From: an uncultured Clostridia bacterium
Lineage (GTDB): Bacteria; Bacillota; Clostridia; TANB77; CAG-508
Length of the DNA stretch: 64,000 bases
Direction of reading: 5' to 3'
Assembly (NCBI GenBank): GCA_934177725.1
Contig: CAKPPO010000006.1
Span: forward strand, 3,045-67,044
In this document: piece by piece, positions 21,582 to 33,214 of the stretch
How the letters are laid out: each line of letters opens with the position of its first letter
Position numbering within the stretch: position 1 is the stretch's first letter
Made by a program: the position numbers and the translations under genes
The notes under the pieces: generated by a model
Seen by the model: only the letters and a program-made list of their open reading frames with translations
Told to the model about the DNA's origin: nothing
Database searches by the model: none

Positions 21582-22298
21582 ATGGAATTTGAAATATTTT
21601 CAGAAGAATTAGAAATAGCAGCAAAGCAAATAGAAATAGAATTAACAAAAAAACAAATAGAAAAATATTATAATTATATGAATTTGTTACTAGAATGGAA
21701 CGAAAAAATAAATTTAACGGCAATAATAGATCCAAAAGAAATAGTATTAAAACATTTTGTAGATTCTTTAACAATTGCTAAATATATTAAAGATGATGAA
21801 AAATTGATAGATGTAGGTACAGGAGCAGGTTTTCCTGGAATACCATTATCTATAGTAAAAGAAAATACAGATATAGTGTTATTAGATTCTTTAAATAAGA
21901 GGATAAATTTTTTAGAAGAAGTAAAAGAAAATTTAAAATTAGAAAATATAACAACAATACATGGTAGAGCTGAAGAATTTGGAAAAAATAAAAAAGAAAG
22001 GGAAACATATGATATTTCAACATCAAGAGCTGTTGCACCTTTAAATATATTGTTAGAATATTTACTTCCTCTAGTAAAAGTAGGAGGAAAAGCTATATGT
22101 ATGAAAGGATCTAATATAGAAGAAATAGAAAATGCGAAAAATGCTTTAGAAATATTAGGTGGAAAAATAGAAAAAATAGAAGAAATTACTCTTCCAAATA
22201 GTGATATAAAAAGAAATATTATTATAGTAAAAAAAGTAAAAAATACACCTTCAAAATATCCTAGAAAGCCTGGAACTCCAAGCAAAGAACCAATCTAA
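21582..22298 (+). CDS. rsmG: 16S rRNA m7G527 methyltransferase RsmG (GidB)
   Basis: SAM motif IDVGTGAGFPGIPL. Confidence 0.9.
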   Translation: MEFEIFSEELEIAAKQIEIELTKKQIEKYYNYMNLLLEWNEKINLTAIIDPKEIVLKHFVDSLTIAKYIKDDEKLIDVGTGAGFPGIPLSIVKENTDIVLLDSLNKRINFLEEVKENLKLENITTIHGRAEEFGKNKKERETYDISTSRAVAPLNILLEYLLPLVKVGGKAICMKGSNIEEIENAKNALEILGGKIEKIEEITLPNSDIKRNIIIVKKVKNTPSKYPRKPGTPSKEPI

Positions 22299-22335
22299 GA
22301 AAGTATAGTAAATTATAAGAAAAAATCATATAAAA

Positions 22336-22372
22336 AAGTCAACAAATATTGTAATATTTATTGACTTTTTTT
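22336..22372 (+). terminator. Rho-independent terminator after rsmG
   Basis: A ~12-bp stem gtcaacaaatat/atatttattgac with a tgta loop, then TTTTTTT. Confidence 0.55.
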
Positions 22373-22419
22373 GTATATTTTTATATTATTAATATGTTAG
22401 AAAAATGGAGGTAATATCA

Positions 22420-23205
22420 GTGGGAAAAGTAATATCAATTGCAAATCAAAAAGGTGGAGTAGGAAAGACTACAACAGCAGTAAATTTAAGTACAATATTA
22501 GCTAAAAAAGGGAAAAAGGTATTAATGATAGATACTGACCCACAAGGAAATGGAACAAGTGGATTAGGTATAGACAAAAATGTTAATTTTTCTGTATATG
22601 ATGTTATTATAAATGATGTAGAAATAGAAAATACAGTTCAAACTACAATGGTAAAAAATTTGGAAGTATGTCCATCTAATATAAACCTTGCAGGAGCTGA
22701 AGTTGAACTTGTTTCAATGATGTCTAGAGAGTACAGATTAAAGGAAAAAGTAGATAGTCAAAAAGACAAATATGATTATATTATAATAGATTGTCCACCA
22801 TCTTTAGGACTAATTACATTAAATGCTTTTACAGCATCAGATAGTGTGCTAATTCCTGTACAATGTGAATATTATGCATTAGAGGGACTCGGACAACTTA
22901 TAAACACTATAAATTTAGTAAAAAAACATTTAAATAAAGACTTAGAAGTAGAAGGAGCTTTACTTACTATGTTTGACATTAGGACAAATTTATCAAACCA
23001 AGTAGTAAAAGAAGTTAATAAATATTTTGAAAACAAAGTGTATAAAACAGTTATACCAAGAAATGTAAGACTTAGTGAAGCACCAAGCTATGGTATGCCA
23101 ATATCAGTATATGATCCAAAATCTAAAGGAGCAAAATCTTACGATAAATTTGTAAAAGAATTTTTAAAGAAAAATGAAGAAGAAGCTAAAAAGAAAGGAG
23201 AATAA
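22420..23205 (+). CDS. soj: Chromosome partitioning ATPase ParA/Soj
   Basis: Deviant Walker A KGGVGKTTT. The likely GTG start at 22420 follows GGAGGT; the ORF track starts 5 codons earlier at 22405. Confidence 0.9.
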   Translation: MGKVISIANQKGGVGKTTTAVNLSTILAKKGKKVLMIDTDPQGNGTSGLGIDKNVNFSVYDVIINDVEIENTVQTTMVKNLEVCPSNINLAGAEVELVSMMSREYRLKEKVDSQKDKYDYIIIDCPPSLGLITLNAFTASDSVLIPVQCEYYALEGLGQLINTINLVKKHLNKDLEVEGALLTMFDIRTNLSNQVVKEVNKYFENKVYKTVIPRNVRLSEAPSYGMPISVYDPKSKGAKSYDKFVKEFLKKNEEEAKKKGE

Positions 23206-23207
23206 AA

Positions 23208-24083
23208 ATGGCTAAAAATACAGGATTAGGAAAAGGTTTAGATGCATTATTTAGTGATAAAACAGTTATAGAAGATATAAAAAAAGAAGAAATAAAAGAT
23301 GGAGAGAGAATTGAAAAAATAAAAATAGTAGATATAGAACCAAATAGAAATCAACCAAGAAGAAATTTTGATATGGAAGCAATAGAAGAACTTGCTGAAT
23401 CTATTAAAATATATGGAGTTATTCAACCTATTATTGTTAATAAAAAAGATGGATATTATGAAATAGTTGCAGGTGAAAGAAGATGGAGAGCATCAAAAAA
23501 AGCAGGACTTACAGAAATTCCATGCATAATTAGAAATGATGATGAGAGAAAGACAAAAGAAATAGCATTAATAGAAAATATACAAAGAGAAGATTTAAAT
23601 CCAATTGAAAAAGCAAAGGGATTTAAACAATTGATAGACGAATATGGATTAAAACAACAAGAATTAGCAGATATAATGGGAATGAATAGAAGTACAGTTA
23701 CAAACTGCTTACGAATTTTAAATTTGGATCCAAGAGTTATAGATTTAGCATTAGAGGGGAAATTAACAGAAGGACATTGCCGTTCATTACTTGGTTTTGA
23801 AGATCCAGAACAACAATATAAAATGGCATTAAAAATAATAGAAACAGGACAAACAGTAAGAGATATAGAAAGAAGCCTAAAAAACAAGAAAAATGTTAGT
23901 AAAAATACAAAAGAAGATAGAAAAAAATATGAAGCAATTTATAGAGACATAGAAGATAGATTCCAAGGTTTCTTTGGAACAAAAGTAAAAATAGATGCTA
24001 AAAAAAGAAGTGGAAGAATAATAATTAATTATTCTAATAATGAAGATCTAGAAAGAATGTTAGATTTAATAAACAGAAATTAA
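23208..24083 (+). CDS. spo0J: Chromosome partitioning protein ParB/Spo0J
   Basis: ParB box GERRWRA and an HTH region. Directly follows soj. Confidence 0.9.
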   Translation: MAKNTGLGKGLDALFSDKTVIEDIKKEEIKDGERIEKIKIVDIEPNRNQPRRNFDMEAIEELAESIKIYGVIQPIIVNKKDGYYEIVAGERRWRASKKAGLTEIPCIIRNDDERKTKEIALIENIQREDLNPIEKAKGFKQLIDEYGLKQQELADIMGMNRSTVTNCLRILNLDPRVIDLALEGKLTEGHCRSLLGFEDPEQQYKMALKIIETGQTVRDIERSLKNKKNVSKNTKEDRKKYEAIYRDIEDRFQGFFGTKVKIDAKKRSGRIIINYSNNEDLERMLDLINRN

Positions 24084-24144
24084 AATAAAAAAATGTGAAA
24101 CATAATGAAAATAAAAACTAAAAAAAGTTTCATATGCGTAAATA

Positions 24145-24175
24145 TGCCTTAATAGAAATGTTAAGGCTATTTTTT
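24145..24175 (+). terminator. Rho-independent terminator after spo0J
   Basis: gccttaa-tagaaatg-ttaaggc hairpin followed by TATTTTTTG. Confidence 0.5.
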
Positions 24176-24395
24176 GTAAGATAAAGAACTTATATTATAA
24201 AAGAAAGCTTTATATATTATATAAAATTACATTGCACAGAAAATTTATTTCATAAATTTTCGCGCATGAACAAATTTACTGAAAATTTCAATTTTTTTGA
24301 GTAAGATAAAAAAGTAGAGTTAAGACTGAAAATTGAAAATTTTCAGATTTGTTCTTAAAATTTTGTATTTGCAAGTAAGTTTTTTACGTCTATCT

Positions 24396-24425
24396 ATTGA
24401 CAACAAAAGCATTTTTGTGTTAATA
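24396..24425 (+). promoter_or_regulatory. Promoter for the tRNA-Ser pair
   Basis: TTGACA, 17 nt, then TGtgTTAATAT (extended -10-like). Confidence 0.4.
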
Positions 24426-24456
24426 TATATCTGTTACGAAACAAAGTAACAAATGT

Positions 24457-24548
24457 GCAGAGGTGGTCGAGTTGGTTTATGGCACCAGTCTTGAAAATTG
24501 GCGTGCGTTTGTAGCGTACCGTGGGTTCGAATCCCACCCTCTGCGCCA
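24457..24548 (+). tRNA. tRNA-Ser (anticodon TGA), with encoded CCA
   Basis: Acceptor GCAGAGG/CCTCTGC, anticodon loop CTTGAAA, long variable arm, T-loop GTTCGAATCC. Confidence 0.9.
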
Positions 24549-24581
24549 TTTTTTTTATTAAAAGTTTAACTTGAAACATTT

Positions 24582-24672
24582 GGAGGCTTACCCAAGTGGT
24601 TGAAGGGGACAGTTTGCTAAACTGTTAGGGTTCGCAAGGGCCGCGAGGGTTCAAATCCCTCAGCTTCCGCCA
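24582..24672 (+). tRNA. tRNA-Ser (anticodon GCT), with encoded CCA
   Basis: Acceptor GGAGGCT/AGCTTCC, anticodon loop TTGCTAA, long variable arm, T-loop GTTCAAATCC. Confidence 0.9.
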
Positions 24673-24748
24673 AAAAAATATAAGGTATTATTTACCTTAT
24701 ATTTTTTTTATAAAATTATCTTATTTATGAATAAATTAAAATAGTGTA

Positions 24749-26065
24749 TTATCTTTCTATGTCTTGATATCTTTGAGATATCAATTTATATAGTTCTACT
24801 AAGATATCACCTTTAATTTCAGTTTCAGACTTTATAACAGGTATATTAATGTGTAAAAAATTATCTACATCTCCGGGATAACTTTTTATTACTCCATTTT
24901 GATAATGATTTAATAATCTTTCAAATTTTCTTATTAGTCCTTCAGTCTTTATTTCATTTATTAAATTTTGTTTATTATAATTATGGCTTAAGTGATTTTT
25001 TTGTGATTGATAAAATGATGGAAATTTAGAAATTTTATCTTTTGTCCAATAATCTTTAAAATTTTTAATAGTTGTTTTATTTCTTTTTCTATGATATTCA
25101 TAGTCTAAAACATACATACAAGGAACTTCAATGTCTGTAATTCCCTCTTGATTTAAAATGTCAATAAAAATACTTAATGCTAATATGCTTTTAGGATCTA
25201 CTTTTTCTCTGTATTCTTCAGATATACCATTATTTAATTTATAAGATTTATTTCTAACTTTTTTATTTATATTAAGTTGTGTATAAGAGCTTTGAGATAT
25301 ATTTGTATTTTGTATAGAACCTATAGAACAAACTCGTTTTCCATTTTTTTCATATATTCCATATCGTATAACAGGAAGCGTACAATGTGGTCTATCAAAA
25401 AGTTCTGTATTGTTATAATAAGCTTTATCATAAATATTTATTTCTATTTCTCTAGAATTTTCATCCCATGTTCTTGAAATTCCATTTTTTATGCAAAGTA
25501 TATTATTATCTAAAGATTTTAATTTTCCTATATAAGTTTCTTTATTATATTTCTCAAAAGTTGTATCTTTTAACATTTCTACTTGTTTTCTTAAGAATTC
25601 TTCAGGATTATTGAAATCTTCTGGTGTTGCTCTTAACCAAATTTGTTCAAAACAATTATTTTTTTCATATACAGCGAAACCTGTCATATTTGTTCTTAAA
25701 AAATACAATTCTATATCTTTTTCATAGAATCTTCTTAGCTGTTCAAAGAAATCTTTATAATTATTTATTATCATTGCTGGTTGTATGCTATTACCATTTG
25801 ATTTTTCTTTTATTCTTTGTAATATTATTCTGTGCTTTTTTTCTAGGCTTGAAACAAAAGATTTATCGTTAAATTGATTTCTATAATTTGAAAGTGTTTT
25901 TTCTATAAATTCTATTGCCTCAGTTTCAGTAAAAATAAATCTAAAATTAGGTAATTCATCACTAAATAATAGTTTATATAGTGTTTCTGTTATAAATTCT
26001 CGTGTTACATTTTCAAATGTAGGTTTTAAACTATCTGCTATGGTTTGATTACTATTTAGAATCAT
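24749..26065 (-). CDS. Hypothetical protein, 438 aa, no family recognised
   Basis: Long clean ORF with an ordinary composition, divergent from the patatin gene. No motif I can place. Confidence 0.45.
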   Translation of the reverse strand: MILNSNQTIADSLKPTFENVTREFITETLYKLLFSDELPNFRFIFTETEAIEFIEKTLSNYRNQFNDKSFVSSLEKKHRIILQRIKEKSNGNSIQPAMIINNYKDFFEQLRRFYEKDIELYFLRTNMTGFAVYEKNNCFEQIWLRATPEDFNNPEEFLRKQVEMLKDTTFEKYNKETYIGKLKSLDNNILCIKNGISRTWDENSREIEINIYDKAYYNNTELFDRPHCTLPVIRYGIYEKNGKRVCSIGSIQNTNISQSSYTQLNINKKVRNKSYKLNNGISEEYREKVDPKSILALSIFIDILNQEGITDIEVPCMYVLDYEYHRKRNKTTIKNFKDYWTKDKISKFPSFYQSQKNHLSHNYNKQNLINEIKTEGLIRKFERLLNHYQNGVIKSYPGDVDNFLHINIPVIKSETEIKGDILVELYKLISQRYQDIER

Positions 26066-26337
26066 GTTCTTTACATTATCCTTTCTTTTATTTTGTAGCT
26101 ATATATTATTATAACATAAAATTTAATAAATAGCATTATCTCTGTAAATAATGGAAAATAATAATCTAATAAATAAATAAAAAATAAATAATTAATAAAA
26201 AAAGAATAATTAAATAAAAAAAGAATAATTAAGTAAAAATAAAATAATTAAATAAAAAATAAAATTAATTAGTAAAATAATAATTTATTTTATTGTAAAA
26301 AGAATAAATAAAAAAATATTTAATAAAATTAATCAGG

Positions 26338-27222
26338 GTGATTTTTTTGAGTATAGGAATTTGTTTTGCAGGTGGTGGAATAAAAGGAGTTGCGCATATT
26401 GGAGCATTAAAGGCGCTTGAAGAAGAAAATATAAAATTTGATTATATAGCGGGTACATCTTCTGGAAGTATAGTAGCCTGTTTATATTCTGTAGGATATA
26501 ATTCAGATGAAATTTATGAAATATTTAAAAAATATATAAATAAAATTAATTACTTCGAAATAAAAAATGTAATCAAATTAATATTTGGAATTTTAATAAA
26601 AAGAAAAATAATAATTACAGGATTAAATAGTGGTAAAAAAATAGAAAAATTAATTAATAAAGAATGTGCAAAAAAAGAAATAAATAATATTAATCAAATA
26701 AATAAAAATTTATTAATTCCATGTGTAAATTTAAAAACAGGAGATGTATATATTTTTTCATCAATAAAAAATAGAAATAGAAAAGAATATTCAGATAATA
26801 TTATTTATAAAAATAATATTAATATAGGAAAAGCAGTTAGGGCTAGTTGTAGCTATCCAGGAGTTTTTTCACCTTGCATAATTGAAGATAATTATATGGT
26901 AGATGGAGGAATAAGAGAAAATGTACCATGGAAAGAATTAAAAGAATGTGGTGCACAAAAAGTAATTTCCATTGTTTTTCAAAACGAAATAAAAGAAAAA
27001 AATAAAATAGATATGTTTGATGTAATAAGTGGTTCAATGGAATTATTATGTAGGGAATTATCAAATTATGAATTAAATGGAGCAGATTATTTACTAAAAA
27101 TAAAAACAAAAAATATTCAATTATTGGACAAAACAAAATTAGATTATTTATATAATTTAGGATATATAGAAACAAAAGGGAAAATTAAACAAATAAAAGA
27201 ATTAATAAACAATATTGCATAA
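26338..27222 (+). CDS. Patatin-like phospholipase
   Basis: Oxyanion hole GGGIKG and nucleophile elbow GTSSG, plus a DGG catalytic Asp. The likely true start is the TTG at 26347, downstream of GGTGA. Confidence 0.8.
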   Translation: MIFLSIGICFAGGGIKGVAHIGALKALEEENIKFDYIAGTSSGSIVACLYSVGYNSDEIYEIFKKYINKINYFEIKNVIKLIFGILIKRKIIITGLNSGKKIEKLINKECAKKEINNINQINKNLLIPCVNLKTGDVYIFSSIKNRNRKEYSDNIIYKNNINIGKAVRASCSYPGVFSPCIIEDNYMVDGGIRENVPWKELKECGAQKVISIVFQNEIKEKNKIDMFDVISGSMELLCRELSNYELNGADYLLKIKTKNIQLLDKTKLDYLYNLGYIETKGKIKQIKELINNIA

Positions 27223-27263
27223 ATAGATGATATAATATATAATCAAAAAAAAGGGGAAATTTT

Positions 27264-28538
27264 ATGGAGAAAAAAGAGGTAAAAGAAGAACTAACAAAAG
27301 TAGAAAAAGATAATAATTTTGAAGAAGTAAAAGTTAATTATCAAGAAGTTGAATTAGAAAAGAAACAAGTAAGAACAGATTCATATTTTGATGGTGGATT
27401 GTTAGAATTAATTGGATGGAGAATATTAAGCTTTTTAATAAAAACAATAACATTAGGAATTGGTGCTCCATGGGCTGATTGTATGTTATATTCATATCAA
27501 TTTAAACATACAGTATATAATGGTAAAAGATTAAAATTTGAGGGTACAGGTGGAGATTTATTTGTAAATAGATTTATATGGATATTTTTAACTATTATAA
27601 CATTAGGAATATATGGCTTTTTTGTACCAGTAAAGAAAACAAAATGGGTAATATCTAATTTACATTTTGAAGATGAAGATCATAAAAAAGAAGAAAGCTT
27701 TTTTGATGGAAAAACAATTCAATTAATAGGAGTAAATATACTTTGTAAAATATTAAATTTAATCAGTTTTGGTATATTATATCCTTTCACAATTTGTTTT
27801 AAATATAGATGGATAAATAAACATACTATTATAAATAGAAAAAGATTAGCTTTTGATGGAAAAGCAATTTCTTTATTTGGAAGATATATTTTATGGTGGT
27901 TCTTAACAATAATAACTTTTGGTATATTTGGTTTATGGTTACCAATAGAAATGTTAAAATGGCAATCTAAAAATACACATATTAAAGTAGTTGGAGAAGT
28001 GGAACAAAAAGATAAGTCATTATATATAATAATTCCAATAGTTATTATTTGTATAATAGTATTAAGTTGTGTATTACCAACACTTTTACTTAAAATTAAT
28101 TTTTCTGATATAAAGTCAGGAGAATTTGGAGAAAAATTTGAAGAAGTATTTGAAGGATTTTCAAATAATGATAATGGAAGAGGAGAAAGAAGAACATTAT
28201 CAGATGTAAGTACAGGTTATATAGATACAATTTCAACAGTACAGGAAAATAATAAATATCCATCTGCGGAAGAAGTAGCAGGCAATTACGGAGCTAGAGT
28301 ATTTGTAAATGGAAATGAAGCTTGGGGAGAAATAAGCATACAAAATAAAAATGGAAAGCTTGTGTATGATAAATATGAGATAAATTATGATAGATCTCTA
28401 GGATATGGTGAAGGTTCTGTAGGAGATTCAAAAATATCTATTTATTGTAAATATAAAGAAGATTATATATCAGTTGAAATTTCAATACAAGATGGAAATG
28501 AAGAAACTTATATTATAGCTGATGGTGGAGTATATTAA
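27264..28538 (+). CDS. Polytopic membrane protein with three tandem DUF898-like internal repeats and a C-terminal soluble domain
   Basis: Three repeats of roughly FDGxxxxLIGxxIL-TM-...GxRLxFxGxxxxLFxxxxxWxxLTIITxGIxGxWxP...KW. Confidence 0.5.
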   Translation: MEKKEVKEELTKVEKDNNFEEVKVNYQEVELEKKQVRTDSYFDGGLLELIGWRILSFLIKTITLGIGAPWADCMLYSYQFKHTVYNGKRLKFEGTGGDLFVNRFIWIFLTIITLGIYGFFVPVKKTKWVISNLHFEDEDHKKEESFFDGKTIQLIGVNILCKILNLISFGILYPFTICFKYRWINKHTIINRKRLAFDGKAISLFGRYILWWFLTIITFGIFGLWLPIEMLKWQSKNTHIKVVGEVEQKDKSLYIIIPIVIICIIVLSCVLPTLLLKINFSDIKSGEFGEKFEEVFEGFSNNDNGRGERRTLSDVSTGYIDTISTVQENNKYPSAEEVAGNYGARVFVNGNEAWGEISIQNKNGKLVYDKYEINYDRSLGYGEGSVGDSKISIYCKYKEDYISVEISIQDGNEETYIIADGGVY

Positions 28539-28545
28539 AATAAAA

Positions 28546-28585
28546 AAATGTTGATATAAAATTAATATCAACATTTTTATTTTGT
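28546..28585. terminator. Bidirectional terminator hairpin between convergent genes
   Basis: aaaaatgttgatat-aaaattaat-atcaacattttt. Confidence 0.5.
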
Positions 28586-28597
28586 AAAAAATAATAA

Positions 28598-31500
28598 TTA
28601 ATTATTATTTATTGTTTCTTTTTTATCTGTTTCATCTGTAACATTTTCTTTATTAATCGCAATTTTTGAATTTTGTTTATTTTTTAGATTATCTTTTGCT
28701 ACAGTCATTAATAATTTAATTCTATTTGTTTGATTTGCTTCGCTTGCACCTGGGTCATAATCTATAGGTGAAATATTTGCTTCAGGATATTTGTTTCTAA
28801 TAGTTTTTATAACACCCTTTCCTACAACATGGTTTGGAAGACAAGCAAATGGTTGAACACAAACAATATTTGTAATGCCATGTTCCATATATTCAATCAT
28901 TTCAGCCGTTAAAAACCATCCTTCACCAGTTTGATTTCCTATAGATAAAACATCTTTAACTTGTTCTTCTAAATGCCATATATCACAAGGTTGTAAATAA
29001 CCTTTTTTAGAATTAGCTAAAGCTATACGCATATCTTTTTCTAAAATATCAATTAATTTAATTGCTGTTTTAAATATTTTTGCTTTAAATTTATCTGTTT
29101 TTATTAATTGATTAAATGTAATTTTATGTGTTGCAATAAATTTAACAAATCCCATAAAGTCTGGTAATATTACTTCTGCACCTTCTTCTTCTAATTTGTT
29201 TGCAACAAAATTATTTCCGAAAGGATGATATTTAATTAATACTTCTCCAACAATTCCTACTTTAGGTTTTTCTACAGAAGTATCTAATTCTATTTTTTCA
29301 AAATCATTTACAATATCATAAATACTTTGTTTAAATTCTTTCATAGTAGATTTTTCTACCATTTTTTTGCATTTATCCATCCACGTATTAAATAATTTTT
29401 CTGTTTCACCTTTATTTATTTCATACGCTCTATTTTTTGTAAGCATTTTTTGAAGTAAATCTGAGTAAATAACACATTTTAATAATTTTTCAATTAAAGG
29501 AATTGTTATTTTAAATCCCGGCATTTTTTCCATACCAACAACATTAAATGATATAACAGGAACTTTTTCAAAGCCAGCATCTTTTAATGCTTTACGGATA
29601 AATCCTATGTAGTTTGTTGCTCTACATCCGCCACCTGTTTGTGACATTATTAAAGCAGTTCTATCTAAATCATATTTTCCTGATTGAAGTGCTTCTATCA
29701 TTTGACCGGTTGTTAAAATTGAAGGATAACAAGCGTCATTATTTACGTATTTTAAACCTGTTTCTACAGTATGATCTGTACAATTTCTTAAAAGTTCTAC
29801 TTTATAACCGCAAGAACGTACAGCAGATTCAATTAATTCAAAATGAATTGGTGCCATTTGTGGAATTAATATTGTGTAATCTTTTTTCATATCTTTTGTG
29901 AATATTACTTTATTACATTCATAATTTCCATTTGAAACTTCTTTTTGTAATGTTTCACGTTTTTTCATACTAGCTAAAAGTGAACGAATACGAATACGTA
30001 CAGCACCTAAATTATTAATTTCATCTATTTTAATTAAAGTATACATTTTATTATAGCTTGATAAAATTTCTTCAACTTGATCTGTTGTAACAGCATCTAC
30101 ACCGCAACCAAATGAATTTAATTGTACTAATTCTAAATTATCTTGTTTTCCAACAAAATCTGCTGCAGCATATAATCTTGCATGATATACCCATTGATCT
30201 ACAACTCTTAAAGGACGTTTTGCTTCTGCTAAATGTGAAACACTATCTTCTGTTAAGACACATAGTCCTAAAGAAGTAATTAAAGTATCAATTCCATGGT
30301 TTATTTCAGGGTCTGTATGATAAGGTCTTCCTGCTAATACAATACCATGTAATTTATTTTCATTAATATATTTTAATGTTTCTTCACCTTTTTTACGTAT
30401 GTCATTTTTGTAATTCTGATATTCTTCTTCAGCTTTTTGGGCTGCTTGTAATAACTCTTTTTTAGTAAAATTATATTCTTTAAATTCAGGTAAATCCATT
30501 ATAGTTTCAGCTAAAGTTTTTGCTTCAAAAGGTAAAAATGGATTTAAGAATTTAATATTTTTATCTTTTAATTCTTCTACATTATTTTTTAATACTTCAG
30601 AATATGAAATTACTATAGGACAATTATAATGATTATCTGCTTTTTCATATTCTTTTCTAGAATAAGGTACACAAGGGTAAAAAATTGTATTAATTCCTTG
30701 TTTTATTAAACTTACAATATGACCATGTGAAAGTTTAGCAGGGAAACATACAGATTCAGAAGGCATAGATTCCATACCTTTTTCGTATGTTTTTCTATTA
30801 CTCTTTTCTGAAAGTATTACCCTAAATCCTAAATTTGTAAGGAAAGTAAACCAAAATGGATAATCTTCATACATATTTAAAACTCTAGGGATACCTATTG
30901 TTCCACGTGTTGCTTTTTCTTCTGGTAAAGGTTCATAACTAAATAATCTTTCATATTTATATTTCATTACATTTGGTAAATCTTTTTTCTCTGAAAGGTT
31001 TCCGGCACCTTTTTCACAACGATTTCCAGAAATATATTTTGAACCATTGCTAAATTTATTTATTGTAAGTAAACAATGATTTTCACATCCATTGCAACGT
31101 ACATGTGAAGTTGTTATTTCTAGTTTATCTAAATCTTCTAAACCTAAAATAGTTGAGTGATATTCCATATCTAAATTTGCTTCATATTGTTCTTTAGAAA
31201 GAAGTGCTGCTCCGTAAGCACCCATTAAGCCTGCAATATCTGGTCTTACAACATTTCTTCCAACTATTAATTCAAAGGCACGAAGTACAGCATCATTATA
31301 GAATGTTCCACCTTGAACAACTATGTGTGCGCCAAGTGTTTTAACATCTCTAACTTTCATAACTTTTTGAATAGCATTTTTTATAACTGAATAAGAAAGT
31401 CCAGCAGAAATATCTCCAACACTATATCCTTCTTTTTGTGCTTGTTTAATTTTAGAATTCATAAATACTGTACAACGAGAACCTAAGTCTACGGGTCTTC

Positions 31501-32923
31501 TTGCTTCTAGTGCACTTTCAACAAATTCTTCAATAGAAAGATTTAAGCTTTTGGCAAATGTTTCTATAAAAGAACCACATCCTGAAGAACAAGCTTCATT
31601 AAGCATAATATTATCTATAGCACCATTTTTCATTTTTATATATTTCATGTCTTGACCGCCAATGTCAACTATACTAGTTACATTTGGCATAAATTCTTTT
31701 GCAGCTGTATAATGAGCTATTGTTTCTATCTCATTTAAATCTACGTTTAAAGCAGTTTGTATTAATTTTTCACCATAACCTGTAACGCCACTATACCTAA
31801 TAGTGCAAGTTTCAGGCAATTCAGTATATAGTTTTTTTAGCATTTTTATAACACTTTGAAGAGGATTTCCTTCATTACTTCCATATAAAGAATATAATAA
31901 AGTTCCTTCATTATCTATTACTACCAATTTTGTAGTAGTAGAACCTGCATCAATTCCTATAAAAATATCTCCACTAAAATCTTTTAGATTAGCTTTTTTT
32001 ACTTTATCTTTTTCATGTCTAGTTTTAAATTCTTCATATTCAACATCTGTTTTAAATAAAGGAGCTAGAGGATTTGTAGTATCATCATGTGAATTTCTTA
32101 ATACTTCTATTTTACTTTTTAATTTTTCATTAGAAATAGGTTTTGTATTTAAAGAATCTAAAGCTGCTCCTTTTGCAACTAGTAAATGAGCTTCTTCTGG
32201 AACAACAACGTGATTATCATCTAAATGTAAAGTTTCAATAAATCTATTTCTAAGTTCAGATAAATAATTTAAAGGGCCACCTAAAAATGCTACTGTTCCA
32301 CGTATTGGTCTACCACAGGCTAAACCACTTATTGTTTGATTTATAACTGCTTGAAAGATAGAAACAGCAATATCTTCTTTTGCAGCACCTTCATTAAGTA
32401 ATGGTTGTATATCAGTTTTTGCAAATACACCGCAACGAGAAGCTATTGGGTAAATCATTTTATAATTTTTAGCAAGTTCATTTAAACCAGCTGTATCTGT
32501 ATTTAAAAGTGAAGCCATTTGGTCTATAAAAGCCCCTGTACCACCTGCGCAAGTACCATTCATACGTTGTTCTATCGATTTATCAAAATATATAATTTTT
32601 GCATCTTCTCCACCAAGTTCTATTACGACATCTGTTTGTGGAATATATTTTTCTACTGCTCTTTTACAAGAAACAACTTCTTGAATAAATGGCAAGTCTA
32701 AAAATTTAGCAGCAGACATTGCACCAGAACCAGTTAAGGCAACTGTAAATAGAGAATCTTTATATGTATTTATTAAATCATCTAAAACATTGCAAACAGT
32801 GTTTTTCGTGTCTGAAAAATGTCTTTGATAATTTCTATATATAATATTTAGGTTTTCATCCATTACTATTATTTTTACTGTTGTAGACCCAACGTCTAAT
32901 CCAACATGTAATAATTTGTTCAT
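28598..32923 (-). CDS. Fusion of a CoA-substrate-specific enzyme activase (two BadF/BadG/BcrA/BcrD-type ATPase domains) with an HgdB/D-component-like domain and a DUF2229 domain
   Basis: [10 protein letters not shown] and [10 protein letters not shown] acetate/sugar-kinase-fold activase motifs. A D-component segment [20 protein letters not shown]. 1441 aa, as in the large clostridial activase-related proteins. Confidence 0.75.
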   Translation of the reverse strand: MNKLLHVGLDVGSTTVKIIVMDENLNIIYRNYQRHFSDTKNTVCNVLDDLINTYKDSLFTVALTGSGAMSAAKFLDLPFIQEVVSCKRAVEKYIPQTDVVIELGGEDAKIIYFDKSIEQRMNGTCAGGTGAFIDQMASLLNTDTAGLNELAKNYKMIYPIASRCGVFAKTDIQPLLNEGAAKEDIAVSIFQAVINQTISGLACGRPIRGTVAFLGGPLNYLSELRNRFIETLHLDDNHVVVPEEAHLLVAKGAALDSLNTKPISNEKLKSKIEVLRNSHDDTTNPLAPLFKTDVEYEEFKTRHEKDKVKKANLKDFSGDIFIGIDAGSTTTKLVVIDNEGTLLYSLYGSNEGNPLQSVIKMLKKLYTELPETCTIRYSGVTGYGEKLIQTALNVDLNEIETIAHYTAAKEFMPNVTSIVDIGGQDMKYIKMKNGAIDNIMLNEACSSGCGSFIETFAKSLNLSIEEFVESALEARRPVDLGSRCTVFMNSKIKQAQKEGYSVGDISAGLSYSVIKNAIQKVMKVRDVKTLGAHIVVQGGTFYNDAVLRAFELIVGRNVVRPDIAGLMGAYGAALLSKEQYEANLDMEYHSTILGLEDLDKLEITTSHVRCNGCENHCLLTINKFSNGSKYISGNRCEKGAGNLSEKKDLPNVMKYKYERLFSYEPLPEEKATRGTIGIPRVLNMYEDYPFWFTFLTNLGFRVILSEKSNRKTYEKGMESMPSESVCFPAKLSHGHIVSLIKQGINTIFYPCVPYSRKEYEKADNHYNCPIVISYSEVLKNNVEELKDKNIKFLNPFLPFEAKTLAETIMDLPEFKEYNFTKKELLQAAQKAEEEYQNYKNDIRKKGEETLKYINENKLHGIVLAGRPYHTDPEINHGIDTLITSLGLCVLTEDSVSHLAEAKRPLRVVDQWVYHARLYAAADFVGKQDNLELVQLNSFGCGVDAVTTDQVEEILSSYNKMYTLIKIDEINNLGAVRIRIRSLLASMKKRETLQKEVSNGNYECNKVIFTKDMKKDYTILIPQMAPIHFELIESAVRSCGYKVELLRNCTDHTVETGLKYVNNDACYPSILTTGQMIEALQSGKYDLDRTALIMSQTGGGCRATNYIGFIRKALKDAGFEKVPVISFNVVGMEKMPGFKITIPLIEKLLKCVIYSDLLQKMLTKNRAYEINKGETEKLFNTWMDKCKKMVEKSTMKEFKQSIYDIVNDFEKIELDTSVEKPKVGIVGEVLIKYHPFGNNFVANKLEEEGAEVILPDFMGFVKFIATHKITFNQLIKTDKFKAKIFKTAIKLIDILEKDMRIALANSKKGYLQPCDIWHLEEQVKDVLSIGNQTGEGWFLTAEMIEYMEHGITNIVCVQPFACLPNHVVGKGVIKTIRNKYPEANISPIDYDPGASEANQTNRIKLLMTVAKDNLKNKQNSKIAINKENVTDETDKKETINNN

Positions 32924-33214
32924 TTTTTTCTCCTTCTGTTTTACTTTAAAACTCTATAAAATTCAACACTAATTTTATACGGAAATCGCTATTTTGTCAA
33001 ACATTTTAACAGAAAATTCACAAAGGAAAAATGTGGTAAAATAAAAGTTTAAAAAAGAAAAAAATTAATAAAATTTATAATAAAAATAAAAAATTCACTA
33101 TAGCAAATTTTTATATAAATATATTTTTAAAATTAAGTAATAAAAAATAATTTGTTGTTCTAAAATAAACTTGTCTAACATAAAAATTAAAAAAAGAAAA
33201 AAGGAGAAAATAAA

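Noticed and set aside
24278-24345. CTGAAAATT palindromes upstream of the tRNA promoter, as a possible regulator site
   Set aside because: Only two short copies were found, and a 9-bp AT-rich palindrome is plausible by chance here. Left as a note, not a finding.
24394-24579. Minus-strand 61-aa ORF
   Set aside because: It overlaps both tRNA-Ser genes, so it is a spurious translation of tRNA sequence.
26100-26337. Possible CRISPR-like or minisatellite array
   Set aside because: There are no regular repeat-spacer units and no cas genes; only degenerate AT-rich near-repeats.
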